From Octopus bimaculoides (Eukaryota), in assembly GCF_001194135.2 (NCBI RefSeq), contig NC_068985.1:65185966-65249965 (forward strand): a stretch of 64,000 nucleotides of DNA, read 5' to 3'. The notes under the pieces are model-generated. The model ran no database searches, was not told where the DNA came from, and worked only from the letters and a program-made list of their open reading frames with translations. Below are positions 1 to 11,622 of the stretch, piece by piece (the stretch's first letter is position 1; every line of letters starts with the position of its first letter). The translations under genes were made by a program, and so were the position numbers.

Positions 1-778
1 CAAATTGTCTATGAATTATCGTTGTTGTTTGGTGTTAGCAAGCAAACAATATTGACTCACCTAGTTCAAATCAGTAAAGTGAAAAAGTTGGATAAGTGGG
101 TTCCACATGAACTCAATGAAAATCAGAAACAGCAATGTTTAGAAGCCTGCATTATGCTACTTTCTCATCACAAAAATAAATCATTTTTTAATTGAATTGT
201 AACATGATGAGAAATGTATCCAATACAACAACTGTAAATGTTCAGCACAATGGTTGGACAAAGACAAGCCACCAAAACACAGTCCAAAATGCAAAATTCA
301 CCAAAGGAAGCTGATGGTGTGTGTTTGGTGGTCTGGTGCAGGTGTGATCCATTAAGATTTCATTAAACCTGGCTCATCAATCACGGCTGAAGTATACTGT
401 AGCCAACTGGACCAAATGATGCAGAAACTTACAAAAAAACAGTGTAGATTAATAAAAAGATCGACTTCTATTTTATTGCAAGACAACACCAGACCACACA
501 TCACAAAAATGACATTGGTGAAACTACAGTTGTAGTTGGAAGTTCTCCATCATCCACCATACTCACCTGACCTTGCCCCCAATTACTATCACTTTTTCCA
601 GAATTTAGATAACTATTTGACAAGAAAAAAATTTTATTCCAACAATGCTGTAAAGCAGGCCTTCCAAGATTTTATCAACTCTAAATTGCCAGGCTTTTAC
701 AGTTGCGGGCCAGACAAGCTACCACTGAAATGGCAAAAGTGTATTGACAATATGGGTGCATACTTTGCTGAATAAGAC
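1..778 (+). pseudogene. Mariner (Tc1/mariner) transposase, decayed; 5' part outside window, 3' TIR probably in gap 830-1039
   Basis: Conceptual translation gives KLDKWVPHEL, LMVCVWW, LLQDNTRPH and HPPYSPDLAPNYYHFF...LPLKWQKCID, with several in-frame stops. Confidence 0.95.
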
Positions 779-1053
779 TATTCCTTGAATTTATAAAACA
801 TTAGCAATCTTTTTTTCCTTTCTACAAATNNNNNNNNNNNNNNNNNNNNNNNNNNNNNNNNNNNNNNNNNNNNNNNNNNNNNNNNNNNNNNNNNNNNNNN
901 NNNNNNNNNNNNNNNNNNNNNNNNNNNNNNNNNNNNNNNNNNNNNNNNNNNNNNNNNNNNNNNNNNNNNNNNNNNNNNNNNNNNNNNNNNNNNNNNNNNN
1001 NNNNNNNNNNNNNNNNNNNNNNNNNNNNNNNNNNNNNNNATATATATATATAT

Positions 1054-2287
1054 AGACAAAGTTAGTAGCAGGGGAGGGTGCACTGAAAGTATAGCTGCTA
1101 GAATAAGAATAGCCTGGGCAAAGTTCAGAGAGCTCTTACCTCTGCTGGTGACAAAGGGCCTCTCACACAGAGTAAAAGGAAGACTGTATGGCGCATGTGT
1201 ACGAACCACCATGCTATATGGCAGGGAAACATGGGCCGTGACTGCTGAGGACATGCGTAAGCTCACAAGAAACGAAGTCAGTATGCTCCGATGGATGTGT
1301 AATGTCTGTGTATACTCGAGAGAGTGTAAGTACTTTGAGAGAAAAGTTAGACCTAAGAAGCATCAGTTGTGGTGTGCAAGAGAGACGATTGCGCTGGTAT
1401 GGACATGTGGCAAGAATGGATGAGGATAGCTGTATGAAAAAGTGCCACACCCTAACGGTTGAGGGAACCTGTGGAAGAGGTAGACCCAGGAAGACCTGGG
1501 ATGAGCTGGTGAAGCACGACCTTCAAACTTTAGGCCTCACCGAGGCAATGACTAGTGACCAGGACCTTTGGAAATATGCAGTACATGAGAATCTGTGGCC
1601 TCTGCCAGAAGTGTAGCCAGCTCACTTATTTGTATCTTTACTTCATTGGACACTAAACTCTGCTTGCGAAGACCTGTTGAGGCAAGTGAATTTGAAATCG
1701 AAATCGAACCAAATTCGATGACTGGCATCCATGCCAACCTCTCCTTCAATGGACACTAAACTCTGCTTGCGAAGACCTGTTGGGGCAAGTGAAATCGAAG
1801 TCGTAATTGAACCATATTCAATGACTGGCACCTGTGCCAGTGGATCACTACCAGCACTGTCCGAGCATGATCATTGCCAGAGCAGCTGTCTGGCTTCCGT
1901 GCTAGTGGCACGTAAATAGCACCATTTGAGTGTGATCCTTACCAGCGTTGCCTTACTGGCACTTGTGCTGGCGGCACATTAAAAAAATCATTTGAGCAGG
2001 GTCATTGCCAGTACCTCTGGACTGGCTCCCGTGCAGGTGACACATAAAAAACACCATTTTGAGCGTGGCTGTTGACAGTACAGCATGACTGGCCCTCGTG
2101 CCAGTGGCACATAAAAGCAGCCACTACACTCTCGGAGTGGTTGGTGTTAGGAAGGGCATCCAGCTGTAGAAACTCTGCCAGATCAGATTGGAGCCTGGTG
2201 CAGCCATCCGGTTCACCAGTCCTCAGTCAAATCATCCAACCCATGCTAGCATGGAAAGTGGACGTTAAATGATGATGATGATGATGA
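1054..2287 (+). mobile_element. RTE-clade LINE, 5'-truncated 3' end with 3' UTR tandem repeats and (ATG)n tail
   Basis: ARIRIAWAKFRELLPLLVTKG...LRWYGHVARM...GRGRPRKTW; tail 'gctagcatggaaagtggacgttaaatgatgatgatgatgatg'. Confidence 0.93.
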
Positions 2288-2645
2288 GATACATAATGCC
2301 TCTCCCAAGGTTTAATAGTATATATACTTTCTCTCAAATAAGCATATGTACTTGAAAATGATGAGTATATATTCCCAAATATTCATAACTAAACTTTTAT
2401 TTGTTTTAATATATTAACAGTGCATTATAATTATACTAGCTGACCTTGTGCCGTCAAAAATGACAGCTAATTGTAGTATTTTATATATAAATAAGCTACA
2501 AAATAAGTAACATAATAATCACAGATACAAACATTCACATACTTCCCTTGTACATGCACACACATACACACATATACTCACACAGAGTTGAAACACTGTT
2601 TGATTTTTGTTTTCAGCATTGAATGTTCACCATCCCACTTCCATT

Positions 2646-2695
2646 GCACACACACACACGCACACACACACACACACACACATACACACACACAA
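2646..2695. repeat. (CA)n microsatellite
   Basis: Directly visible. Confidence 0.95.
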
Positions 2696-2814
2696 ACATT
2701 CACATCATCCCACTACCAAGTTTGCCATCACCCCTTTCTTCATTATTCATCTATCACCCCTTCCTTTCTCATTCATATGTTGTGATAGAGAATTGAACAA
2801 GAGTATTGTTATAG

Positions 2815-5636
2815 TCAAAGGTTATGCTTCACCACCTCATCCCATGTCTTTCTGGGTCTCCCTCTACACCAGATTCCTTCCACTGTTTGGGAGTGGCGCT
2901 TCTTCACACAGCTCTCCTCATCCATCCACAGTGCATGGCCATACCAACATAAACGTCTCTCTTGCATGCCATATCCGATGCTCCTTATGTCTAACATTTC
3001 TCTCGGGGTGCTTACACTCTGTTGTGTGTGCATACTGACATTACACATCCAGCGGATCATCCTAGCATCATTTCTTTCGAGTCTATGCATGTCTTCAGCA
3101 GTCACGGCCCATGTTTCACTGCTGTGAAGCATGGCATTCACACACATGCATCATACAATCTACCTTTCACTCTGAGCGAGAGGCCCTTTGTCACCAGTAG
3201 GAGTAGAAGCTTTCTGAACTTTGCCCAGGCTATTCTTATTCTAGTGTTAACACTCTCTGAGCATCCACTTCCACTACAGACTAGGTAGTGGAAGCTATCA
3301 ACTACTTCTAATTTCTCCTCCTCGCATGTGATGGAATCTGTTTTCTGAGCACCTGTGCATCTGTCACACACGAAAGCTATCTTCCTGGTTCATCTTCCTT
3401 TGATGTTGCTGCACCTCTTATGTGTCCATAGCTTACACTGGGTACATCTTATGGAGTTTCTACCTACACCTTTCCTACAGATCGAGCAGGACCACCTACC
3501 TGAAGGGGTGTGTGATGTGTTCGCTTTCCTACTTAATAGAACTTTGATCTTTGCAACATTGACTAAGGCCCTTCAATTCTAAACTTTGCTTCCACACCTG
3601 AAATTTCTTCTCTAGTTCTGGTAGTGATTCTGCTATGAGAGCCAGGTCATCAGCATAGAGGGGCTCCCAGGAGCAACCTGTCTTGAATTCTTCTGTTATT
3701 GCCTGGAAGACTATGATGAATAGGAGTGGGCCTAGGGCTGATCCTTGGTGGACCCCTATGTCTAATCAGAATTCTTCACTATACTCATTGCCAATCCTAA
3801 CCCTACTAACAGCATTTCTGTATAGGGCCTGTACAGCCCTTATCAACCATTCGTCAATCCCCAGTTTCCGCATCACCTACCAGATAAGGGATCGGAGGAC
3901 CCTGTCAAGGCTTTCTCCAAGTCCACAAAAGCTAAATATAGGGGTTTATCTTTGGCTAGGTATTTCTCCTGCAGTTGCTGTACCAGGAATATTGCATCAG
4001 TGGTGCTTCTACCTGGCACAACACCGAACTGCATCTCATCTAAGCAGACTCTCTCTCTAATTAGTTGGGCTATGACCCTCTCTGTGACCTTCATCACTTG
4101 ATCCAGCAGTTTGATACCCCTGTAGTTATTTCTATCTAAAGCATCACGTTTACCATTGAAGCAGTTGACTATGGTGTTGCTACACCAGTCATTGGGTATG
4201 ACTCCATCATGAACTACCTGGTTTACAATACAGGTGACTAGGCCATAGCCAACACCACCAGATATTTTAAGCATCTCAGCAATGATTCCTGATGGGCTGG
4301 GGACTTTTCCTGGCTTCATACCCTTAATTGCTTTATCTACCAGAGTGCTGTCTATTTGGATAGCTGGTCCCTCTACTAGATTAACATTTGGCAGGCTCTC
4401 CTCCTCCCATTCATTCTCCACATTCAGCAGTCTTTCATAGTGGCTTCTCCAAGCCTCTTTCTTTTCCGAATCATTAAAAGCAAGTGCACCATTATCCATG
4501 TGGACACATTTCTCTCTTGTGACATCGCAGTTTTCTCTCACACACTGTCTTGCAATCCAAAATACTTCAGTTCTTTGGTCCTCACGTTGCTGGACATTGG
4601 CAAACTTTTTCTTTTCTGCTTCGCCCTTGGCTATGTATACTTGTTGCCCAGCCTCCCTTTTGGCTATCTGGTATGGTTCCCTGCTACCCCCACCCTTGCA
4701 GACTTTCCAGGCCTGTTTCTTTGAGTATTATTCCACCTCTATGTTACTCTAGGTCTGGAAGGGACTTTGCACCAAATACAGACTTGGTCTGTGGCACTCA
4801 ATAAGCTGTCCCATTGGAATTTCCAGCTACCTTCTATGTCCGAGGACTGTAGCTCCTCCTCTCTCTCATCAAATTTTTTGATGAGGATGTCCCTAAATCT
4901 CTGACCATGTGAAGGGTTCTTTAGCTTCCAAATCCTTCTCTTCTGGATTGGCCCGCTTCTTGGTATCCTTCTGGTCTTGAGTTGAAAGTCACTAATGACT
5001 AGACTATGCTGGAGGGTGCATTCCTCACCTGGGAGGGTCTTTGTATTTAAGAGCAACCCTGCATCCTGCTGTCTGGTGAGGATGAAATCATTCTGGATAG
5101 CAGAGTCACCTGATTGATAGGTTATCAGGTGGCTGTCTGGCTTCCTGAACTTAGTGTTGCAGATTAGAAGGTTACATGTATCACAGAACTCCAGTAGCCT
5201 CATGGCCCCCGTGAACACCAGTGAAGATACCGGATTTCCGACCAACATACCAACTAAAATCTCCAGCTGCAAAGATGAGGTCATTGCCACTCATCTTTGA
5301 GGTAGCCTGTAGAAGGCTATCATAAAAATGGTCCTTCTGATCATTTTGTAATCCCTCTTGTAGGGCATATGCAGAGATAATTGTAGTTGTGCTGTTCTGC
5401 AGGACTAGCCTGAGCTTAAGCATTCTATTGCATACCCTGACAACTTCTATGACTTTATCCACCCATTTCTTCGCAAGGAATATGCCTACACCCCCTATTC
5501 CATCCATGTTACCTTGCCAGAAGATTTTATACCTATGTGCCTTGCCTGTGAGGACCCTAGCTGAAGCTCCTCTCCATCTTACCTCTTGTATGCAGCATAC
5601 ATCGAGCCATCTCCTTCCAACATCTCTACAATCTCA
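2815..5636 (-). mobile_element. RTE-clade LINE, near full ORF (APE endonuclease + RT), decayed
   Basis: APE motifs (IISAYALQ, AAGDF, NDFILTR) and RT motifs (YRGIKLL, FGVVPGRSTTDAIF, LAFVDLEKA, GSPLYADDL, DSFHYL); frameshifts and stops. Confidence 0.95.
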
Positions 5637-5735
5637 GTACACACATATATATGATGAATATTTAAGTATAAATATGTAGATTTTTATATTAATAGATCTA
5701 ACTTACACCGTACAAATGACTGAACATTAACGGGG

Positions 5736-5979
5736 AGGAAGAAAGATGTTATAAGTCCAACAGCTGTTTCTCATAATGTTGTTAGAAGTAGTTCATTACA
5801 ATATGCGGCCATAATGGAAGCCATCAACATTGCATAAATCTAGCCTCCGTCATCAGGGTAGAATAGATCTTACATTTCAGATCATAATGCAGAGAAGTTC
5901 AAACATGGAATGATTAAATGTGGAGAGTTATCTCCAAGCCCCCAGCAACAGCTGTTGGACTTATAACACCTTTCTTCCT
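5736..5979. repeat. 33-bp inverted repeat pair (5736-5768 / 5947-5979), possibly Penelope pseudo-LTR remnants
   Basis: aggaagaaagatgttataagtccaacagctgtt vs aacagctgttggacttataacacctttcttcct, 1 mismatch; no TSD seen. Confidence 0.7.
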
Positions 5980-6917
5980 GAAAATATTTCTAAATATTTA
6001 AAGGTGCTTATTATTTCTATCTTGGCTCTGAAGATTTTTTTTTTTTTGTTAAATGTGATTATTTTCATACTTATTTTAAAAGTTGACATTAAAATTCAAC
6101 TGAATAATTCTGCAAAATGTACACTCAGTTAAATTTTAAAAGTGGTGTATTTAGTTGAAAGACAGAATGTTGCAATATTAAGTCTTCAACAGCCTGTTTG
6201 CAACCTGATTATAATCTAAGTGAGATTAATTCTATTATTTCATTTTCAAAATGTTTGTAAAATTTTTGTTCCAGATTGATACTTTGTCCCAACACACCAA
6301 AGATTTATCTTTCTCAGAAAAGAGCCCAAAAATGAAATCACAATTTGAGAAGAAAAGTAACCTGTCTACGGTAAAACTTTTAGATAATTTACTAATAAAA
6401 TCAAATTTTATATTTCTTTTAAGATATGCTTTTGTCATGGATTCCATCCGTTGTTTTATCACTTTCATTCTTTGATTATTTTAGATATAAAATATGTGTG
6501 TCCAGATGTAGTGGATAAATTTGTGTAATTTCTGTTAAACCACGAAGTTAGTTACAATTAAAATATATGATTAGATGTAATTTTTAAATATCATTTGAGA
6601 TGAAGCAGAGTATTTACTTTTTCTATATTACATTCCATAAGGAAATTACCTATCACATTTAATTTATCATCCTTTCAAGGACAATAATATTTACTCAATG
6701 CAACCAATTTTTAAAAAATTCAAATATTGCTTTTATGTTTGCTAAAAAAAGTTGTAATTGTTATGAAATTTTCCATCAAGTATGAAGGCATTCATTCAGA
6801 AAGAAGTATTCTATCACTCCAGAATGAAAATATGACCTACAGAGTAAGCACATTCCCAAAAAAGAATTTAACATCAAGGACTATGTATAATATCATCATC
6901 ATCGTCATCATCATCAT

Positions 6918-9900
6918 TGTTATGTCTCAACGCTACTGCTATCTAGCACCTTTGGATGATCTCTACTCAACCGCTACACAACTGCTACTCGACTGCTACT
7001 CAACACTCTACCATGGCCAGACTATCTCTATTTATATGTCTTGGGAGATCCTACTTCTTCACCTGGGGGCTTCGACACAACACCTCCCCCTTTTGAGTTT
7101 TGTTTTTTCTTTTCAAAAAATAAACGAATTTATTAATTTTATTTCCTCGGTGAGAAACTGGCATATCTTTTTCTCTTAGCATTTATTTCCATCATTTCTG
7201 TAGGTTTTCTCTTCCTACTTGACCTACGTGTCGGTTCCGCTTTCACTTGTAGTTCTGGGACCTCGAACAAATCATATCATATATCCATTTGTTCCTCTCG
7301 CCTCTCTTGGTTTTTGGTATATCTTTTTTTTTAATTGGTTTAAATGCCTTCTGTGTTCATATTTCGATCCTTTTACTGTGTACATCACATTACCCAGATG
7401 TTCCATTATACTTCCTTATTCCCAGTCCTGTTTTCCATTACTATATACTCTAAAATACACTTTGTCACCTGTGTCTCAATTTGCTTGTCCATATTTGGCC
7501 AATAAACGTAACTTCTCATAAGGTTCTTCATCCGGACAATCCCTGGATGTCCAACATGAAAATCTTTTAATACTCTGTTTTGCAGTACTTCATTTATTAC
7601 CACTCCTTGCACGTATAATAATACCTCATCACATACTGAATAGTACTTTGAACTTATGTCCCGCTCATTTATATTTTTTGTGTTACACAAAATATTTTTA
7701 ATCTTATTTATAAACCTTTCATTTTCCGATTTCAATTTAATTTCTTCCAGCGTTACTGGCAAATTACGTACTACATTGCACAAAATGTTCTTCAGTTCCT
7801 TTTCTAGTTTTAATGATGCAATCACCGTGTCTTCAAAAGGTTCCTCATATTAAGGAATCAGCCTAGACAACCCATCTGCGTGTCCCATTTTCATTGATGG
7901 CAAAAACTCCATCTGAAAATCGTAGTTCAACAGAGTAGTTCCCCAGTGCTGTAAGTGGTTTGCTGAGTGCGTGGGGATACCCTTTTTCGAACCGAAAATA
8001 GACAATAACGGTCAGTGATCCATTTGCAGTGTAAACTTCCTCCCATGTAAGAATTTATGGAATTTTTTAACTGCGAAGATTAATGATAACGCCTCTTTTT
8101 CCGCTGGTAACAGAACTCTTGATGCATGTGCAATAGCTTTGATTTTACCATCATTAAATTTATGCAATATAACCGCTCCTATACCATATTCACTGGCATC
8201 CGGTGCTACAATTATTTTCAATTTTGGGTTGAAATGAGTTAATGATAACTCTGAAGTTAACCGCTTTTTTAGTTCCTCGAATGATTTCTGACATTCGTTT
8301 ATCCAGCTCCATTTCGAGTCCTTCTTTAGTAATTTGTTAAACGGAGCTCTTAACTCATACATTTTAGGTATGTACAACTGGTAATAACTTACCAAACCTA
8401 AAAATGCTTGTAGTGTTGTTTTATTAGTGGAGCAGGCATGTTTTTTATCGCGCCAATCCTAGAAGGGTCTGGTTTTCGTCCTTTTTCATCGATCACCTGT
8501 CCTAAGTACTTTATTTTAGTCAAAAAAAATTCACATATATCCTCCCTTACTTTAAATCCATAATCACTAATTCGTTTGAAAACCTCTTCTATATGTTCAC
8601 TATGCTGGTCCCTTGATTCACTTTTAATCAATATGTCATCCAGGTATGGCACTGCGAACTTGCAATCTGCCAGCATAGTATCCATTACTTGCTGAAATAT
8701 TGCTGGTGCAACNNNNNNNNNNCCTTGATTCACTTTTAATCAATATGTCATCCAGGTATGGGACCGCGAACTTGCAATTTGCCAGCATAGTATCCATTAC
8801 TTGCTGAAATATTGCTGGTGCAACCTTCACCCCAAATGGCAGTCTTTTGAAACGGTACAGACCTTTATGAGTATTAATTGTTAATACTTTAGCACATTCT
8901 TCGTCTACCTGTAATTGGAGGTAGGCCTCAGACAAATCCAGCTTGGAAAAAATTTTCCCACCATTGCACTTGCAAATACTTCCTCTAGATTTGGAAGCGG
9001 ATAATTATACTTTTTTAAACAGTCATTCAGCCCAGTTGAGAAGTCAGCACATACTCTTACCTTGTTATTTTTCTTTTTTATATATATCATAGGAGCCGCC
9101 CACTCCGAGTAATCCACTTTTTCAATTACTTCCAGGTCTTCCAATCATTTTAATTCCTTCTCAACTTGATTCAACACCGCAAACAGTACATTTCTTTTCG
9201 GTTTAAACACCGGCACCACATTTTCTTTTAACTCAAACTTTACTTTAATTTTTTCACACATACCGAGCTCTTTCGAAAAAATATCCGAGTACATCCTTTT
9301 CAGTTTTAATTTCATTTTTTCCGATGCTTTCTCTGACACGGGCTGTGATGCATTCACCTTGTTACACAATGTATTCAGTGATAGATCCCACAGGTCGAAT
9401 CCTTCTATTATATCTGTCCCAAACAGATTCATTGTATTTTTTTATATCATTAGTTTACATTTCTGTGTCCTGTTTTTAAGTTTCATTTCTGTTGAGGTTT
9501 CATCCAAGAATCGAACTCGTTCCCCTGACACACCATGGGCTATCCTAATAGTCTTTTTATGCAACGGCCTGCCTATTTTACTCCATGTTGCCGTATTTAT
9601 TATCAATATGTCTGAACCGGTATCTAATTGCATTTTGGTCTGAAACCCATTTATTTCTACCGACACAAATTTTCAGTTTTGTCTGGTATAATTTACTTTT
9701 GTTGAGTAGACTTTCTTTTGTTTTACCATTTTCTTTCACTGGCATTTCGTCTGTATATGTCCAATTTTACCACACTTAAAACAGGTTTTATCTTCAAAGG
9801 GACAATCTTTCCTCAAATGTCGCTCTCTGCAACCATAGCACCGTTTTGAATTAAAATTTTTCCTTCTTTGTATACTTTCTTTACACATTTGTACATTATT

Positions 9901-10807
9901 CTTATCTTCTATCTTCCTTGTATCATCTTTAAGGTTTATTATTTGTTGGCATTCTTCAGCCACTTTCTGCAAAGTGAGTTTCACATCTTGGTTCAACTTT
10001 GATAATATTCTTTATCTAATTTCTGTGTCTTCCATTGCCACTAGCCCTTTAACGAATATTAAACACTCGAACATATCTGGCATTAATTCTTCCAATTTGA
10101 ACCTTTCGCAAGCCTTGTTAATCATACCAGCATATGTCACAAAATCATCAGACTCGTTTTTCTTTAAGTTTAAACTGTGAACTTTTCACGCTAAAAATAT
10201 TCATCAAAATATTTATCGTTTCCTCAAAACACAATTCCGTGGGCTTTCTTGGCAAAATAAAGTTACAAAATCTTTCGTGTTCCAGAGTAACAAGCTTTCG
10301 CAAAAGGAGTCTTACCTTCCTTTCACTAGACCATCCCTTGCATACCTCTTGGAATATATCTTCGTATCGTCTGTAATATGCAGTAAAAGTAGTTCCTTCA
10401 TCTGGATTGTACTGAAATTCTTTGATGGGATTTGCAACACCATCTGCTGAAAATGATTCTGTACTATTTCTCGCCTGCAGTAACAATTCTGTTAACTTCT
10501 GTAGTTGCTGATGCTCTTGTTGTTTCACTTGCTGCTCTTGTTTCACAACTGCTTTCAGTAACTCTTCCATTTTTGGTGCTATTAGAAACCTCGTCGCCAC
10601 TGTTATATCGCAATACTACACAGTGGTTGTGTGAGCTGCAAATCCTCGTTACCACTGTTATGTCTCAACGCTACTGCTATCTAGCACCTTCGGATGATCT
10701 CTACTCAACCGCTACACAACTGCTACTCAACACTCTACCACAGCTAGACTACCTCTATTTATGTCTTGGGAGATCCTACTTCTTCGCCTGGGGGTGTCGA
10801 CACAACA
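6918..10807 (-). mobile_element. Ty3/gypsy LTR element A (K02A2.6-like): both LTRs and 5-bp TSD ATCAT, integrase core deleted
   Basis: LTRs 10656-10807 and 6918-7081 (TGT...ACA); ATCAT at 6913-6917 and 10808-10812; PPT 7082-7096; gag with CCHC, protease LDTGSD, RT YLDD, RNaseH DAS, integrase HH-C only. Confidence 0.95.
10642..10654 (-). promoter_or_regulatory. Primer binding site of element A (tRNA-Ser(GCU)-type); second PBS at 10586-10598
   Basis: TGGTAACGAGGAT and TGGCGACGAGGTT vs TGGCGACGAGGAT, the complement of the eukaryotic tRNA-Ser(GCU) 3' end as I recall it. Confidence 0.75.
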
Positions 10808-10857
10808 ATCATCAAAATCATCATTATCACTTTCAGTAGCAGCACCACCACCACTGC

Positions 10858-11618
10858 TATCATCTGACACTAAATAACAGTGTTGTACATGCACACCTAA
10901 TGTGATTTATTACATGCTCATTGATGGTTACAAACAAACATGCAAACTCCAATACATCACTTAACAGTGATTCTGATATTACCACGTAGAAATCCACAAT
11001 ATCAAACGATATGAATTTTGCTTTACTTTTATTGTGATGGATTTGAACCAAGATATTACCAAGGAACTATTGGTTCATCGTAATGGGTTTGAAGATTCCT
11101 TAATTTTATTATCAATATTCCTTAAAATTTTTTGCCTGTTAAACCTATTTCTGTCTTAGCTGAGTTAATTATGCTGCATTGTAGGTAGAAGATTCTTACT
11201 CTTATTAGATGATAATAACTTTCCCAGCAACTATAAGATTATTTAATAGGCACACTTAAAATCACATATTTATGCTCTCTCTCCACTAGTGTAAAGATCT
11301 ATATCAATAAAAAAACCCAGTAACACAGACCTGCCCTGAGTGCATATGCAGAGGTAAATCTAAATATCCTCTATGGCAGGCATCTAATATATCCTCCATT
11401 GTTTATTAAGCACAGGTATTGGCAAACTATGGCAATGGGTGGGCAGAGACAAAGTGTTATATTGAAACCATGGAAGGGAAATTTAAATCCAGATACAACA
11501 ACCATCTTTCAATCTTTAGACAGCCCAATAAGAGACATGCAACAAACCTCTCAACAACCTAAGAGATGGAGAGATAGCATCACAGCATGGACAGGTCTTG
11601 ACATGATTTCACTTAATA
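10858..11618. mobile_element. Penelope-like element fragments (RT part on minus; RT C-terminus and GIY-YIG on plus)
   Basis: Minus: KFISFDIVDFYVVISESLL. Plus: RLFNRHT(L)KITY and CYIETMEGKFKSRYNNH...RHATNLS. Confidence 0.75.
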
Positions 11619-11622
11619 CCTT

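Noticed and set aside
1-778. SETMAR or domesticated transposase
   Set aside because: Multiple stop codons and no SET domain.
6235-6475. ORFs on both strands and a possible exon at 6274-6356
   Set aside because: AT-rich, no recognisable domain, no compatible partner exon.
8611-8824. 102-bp direct repeat in RT of element A
   Set aside because: The copies flank a 10-N gap and differ at 3 sites; most likely unmerged contig ends or haplotypes.
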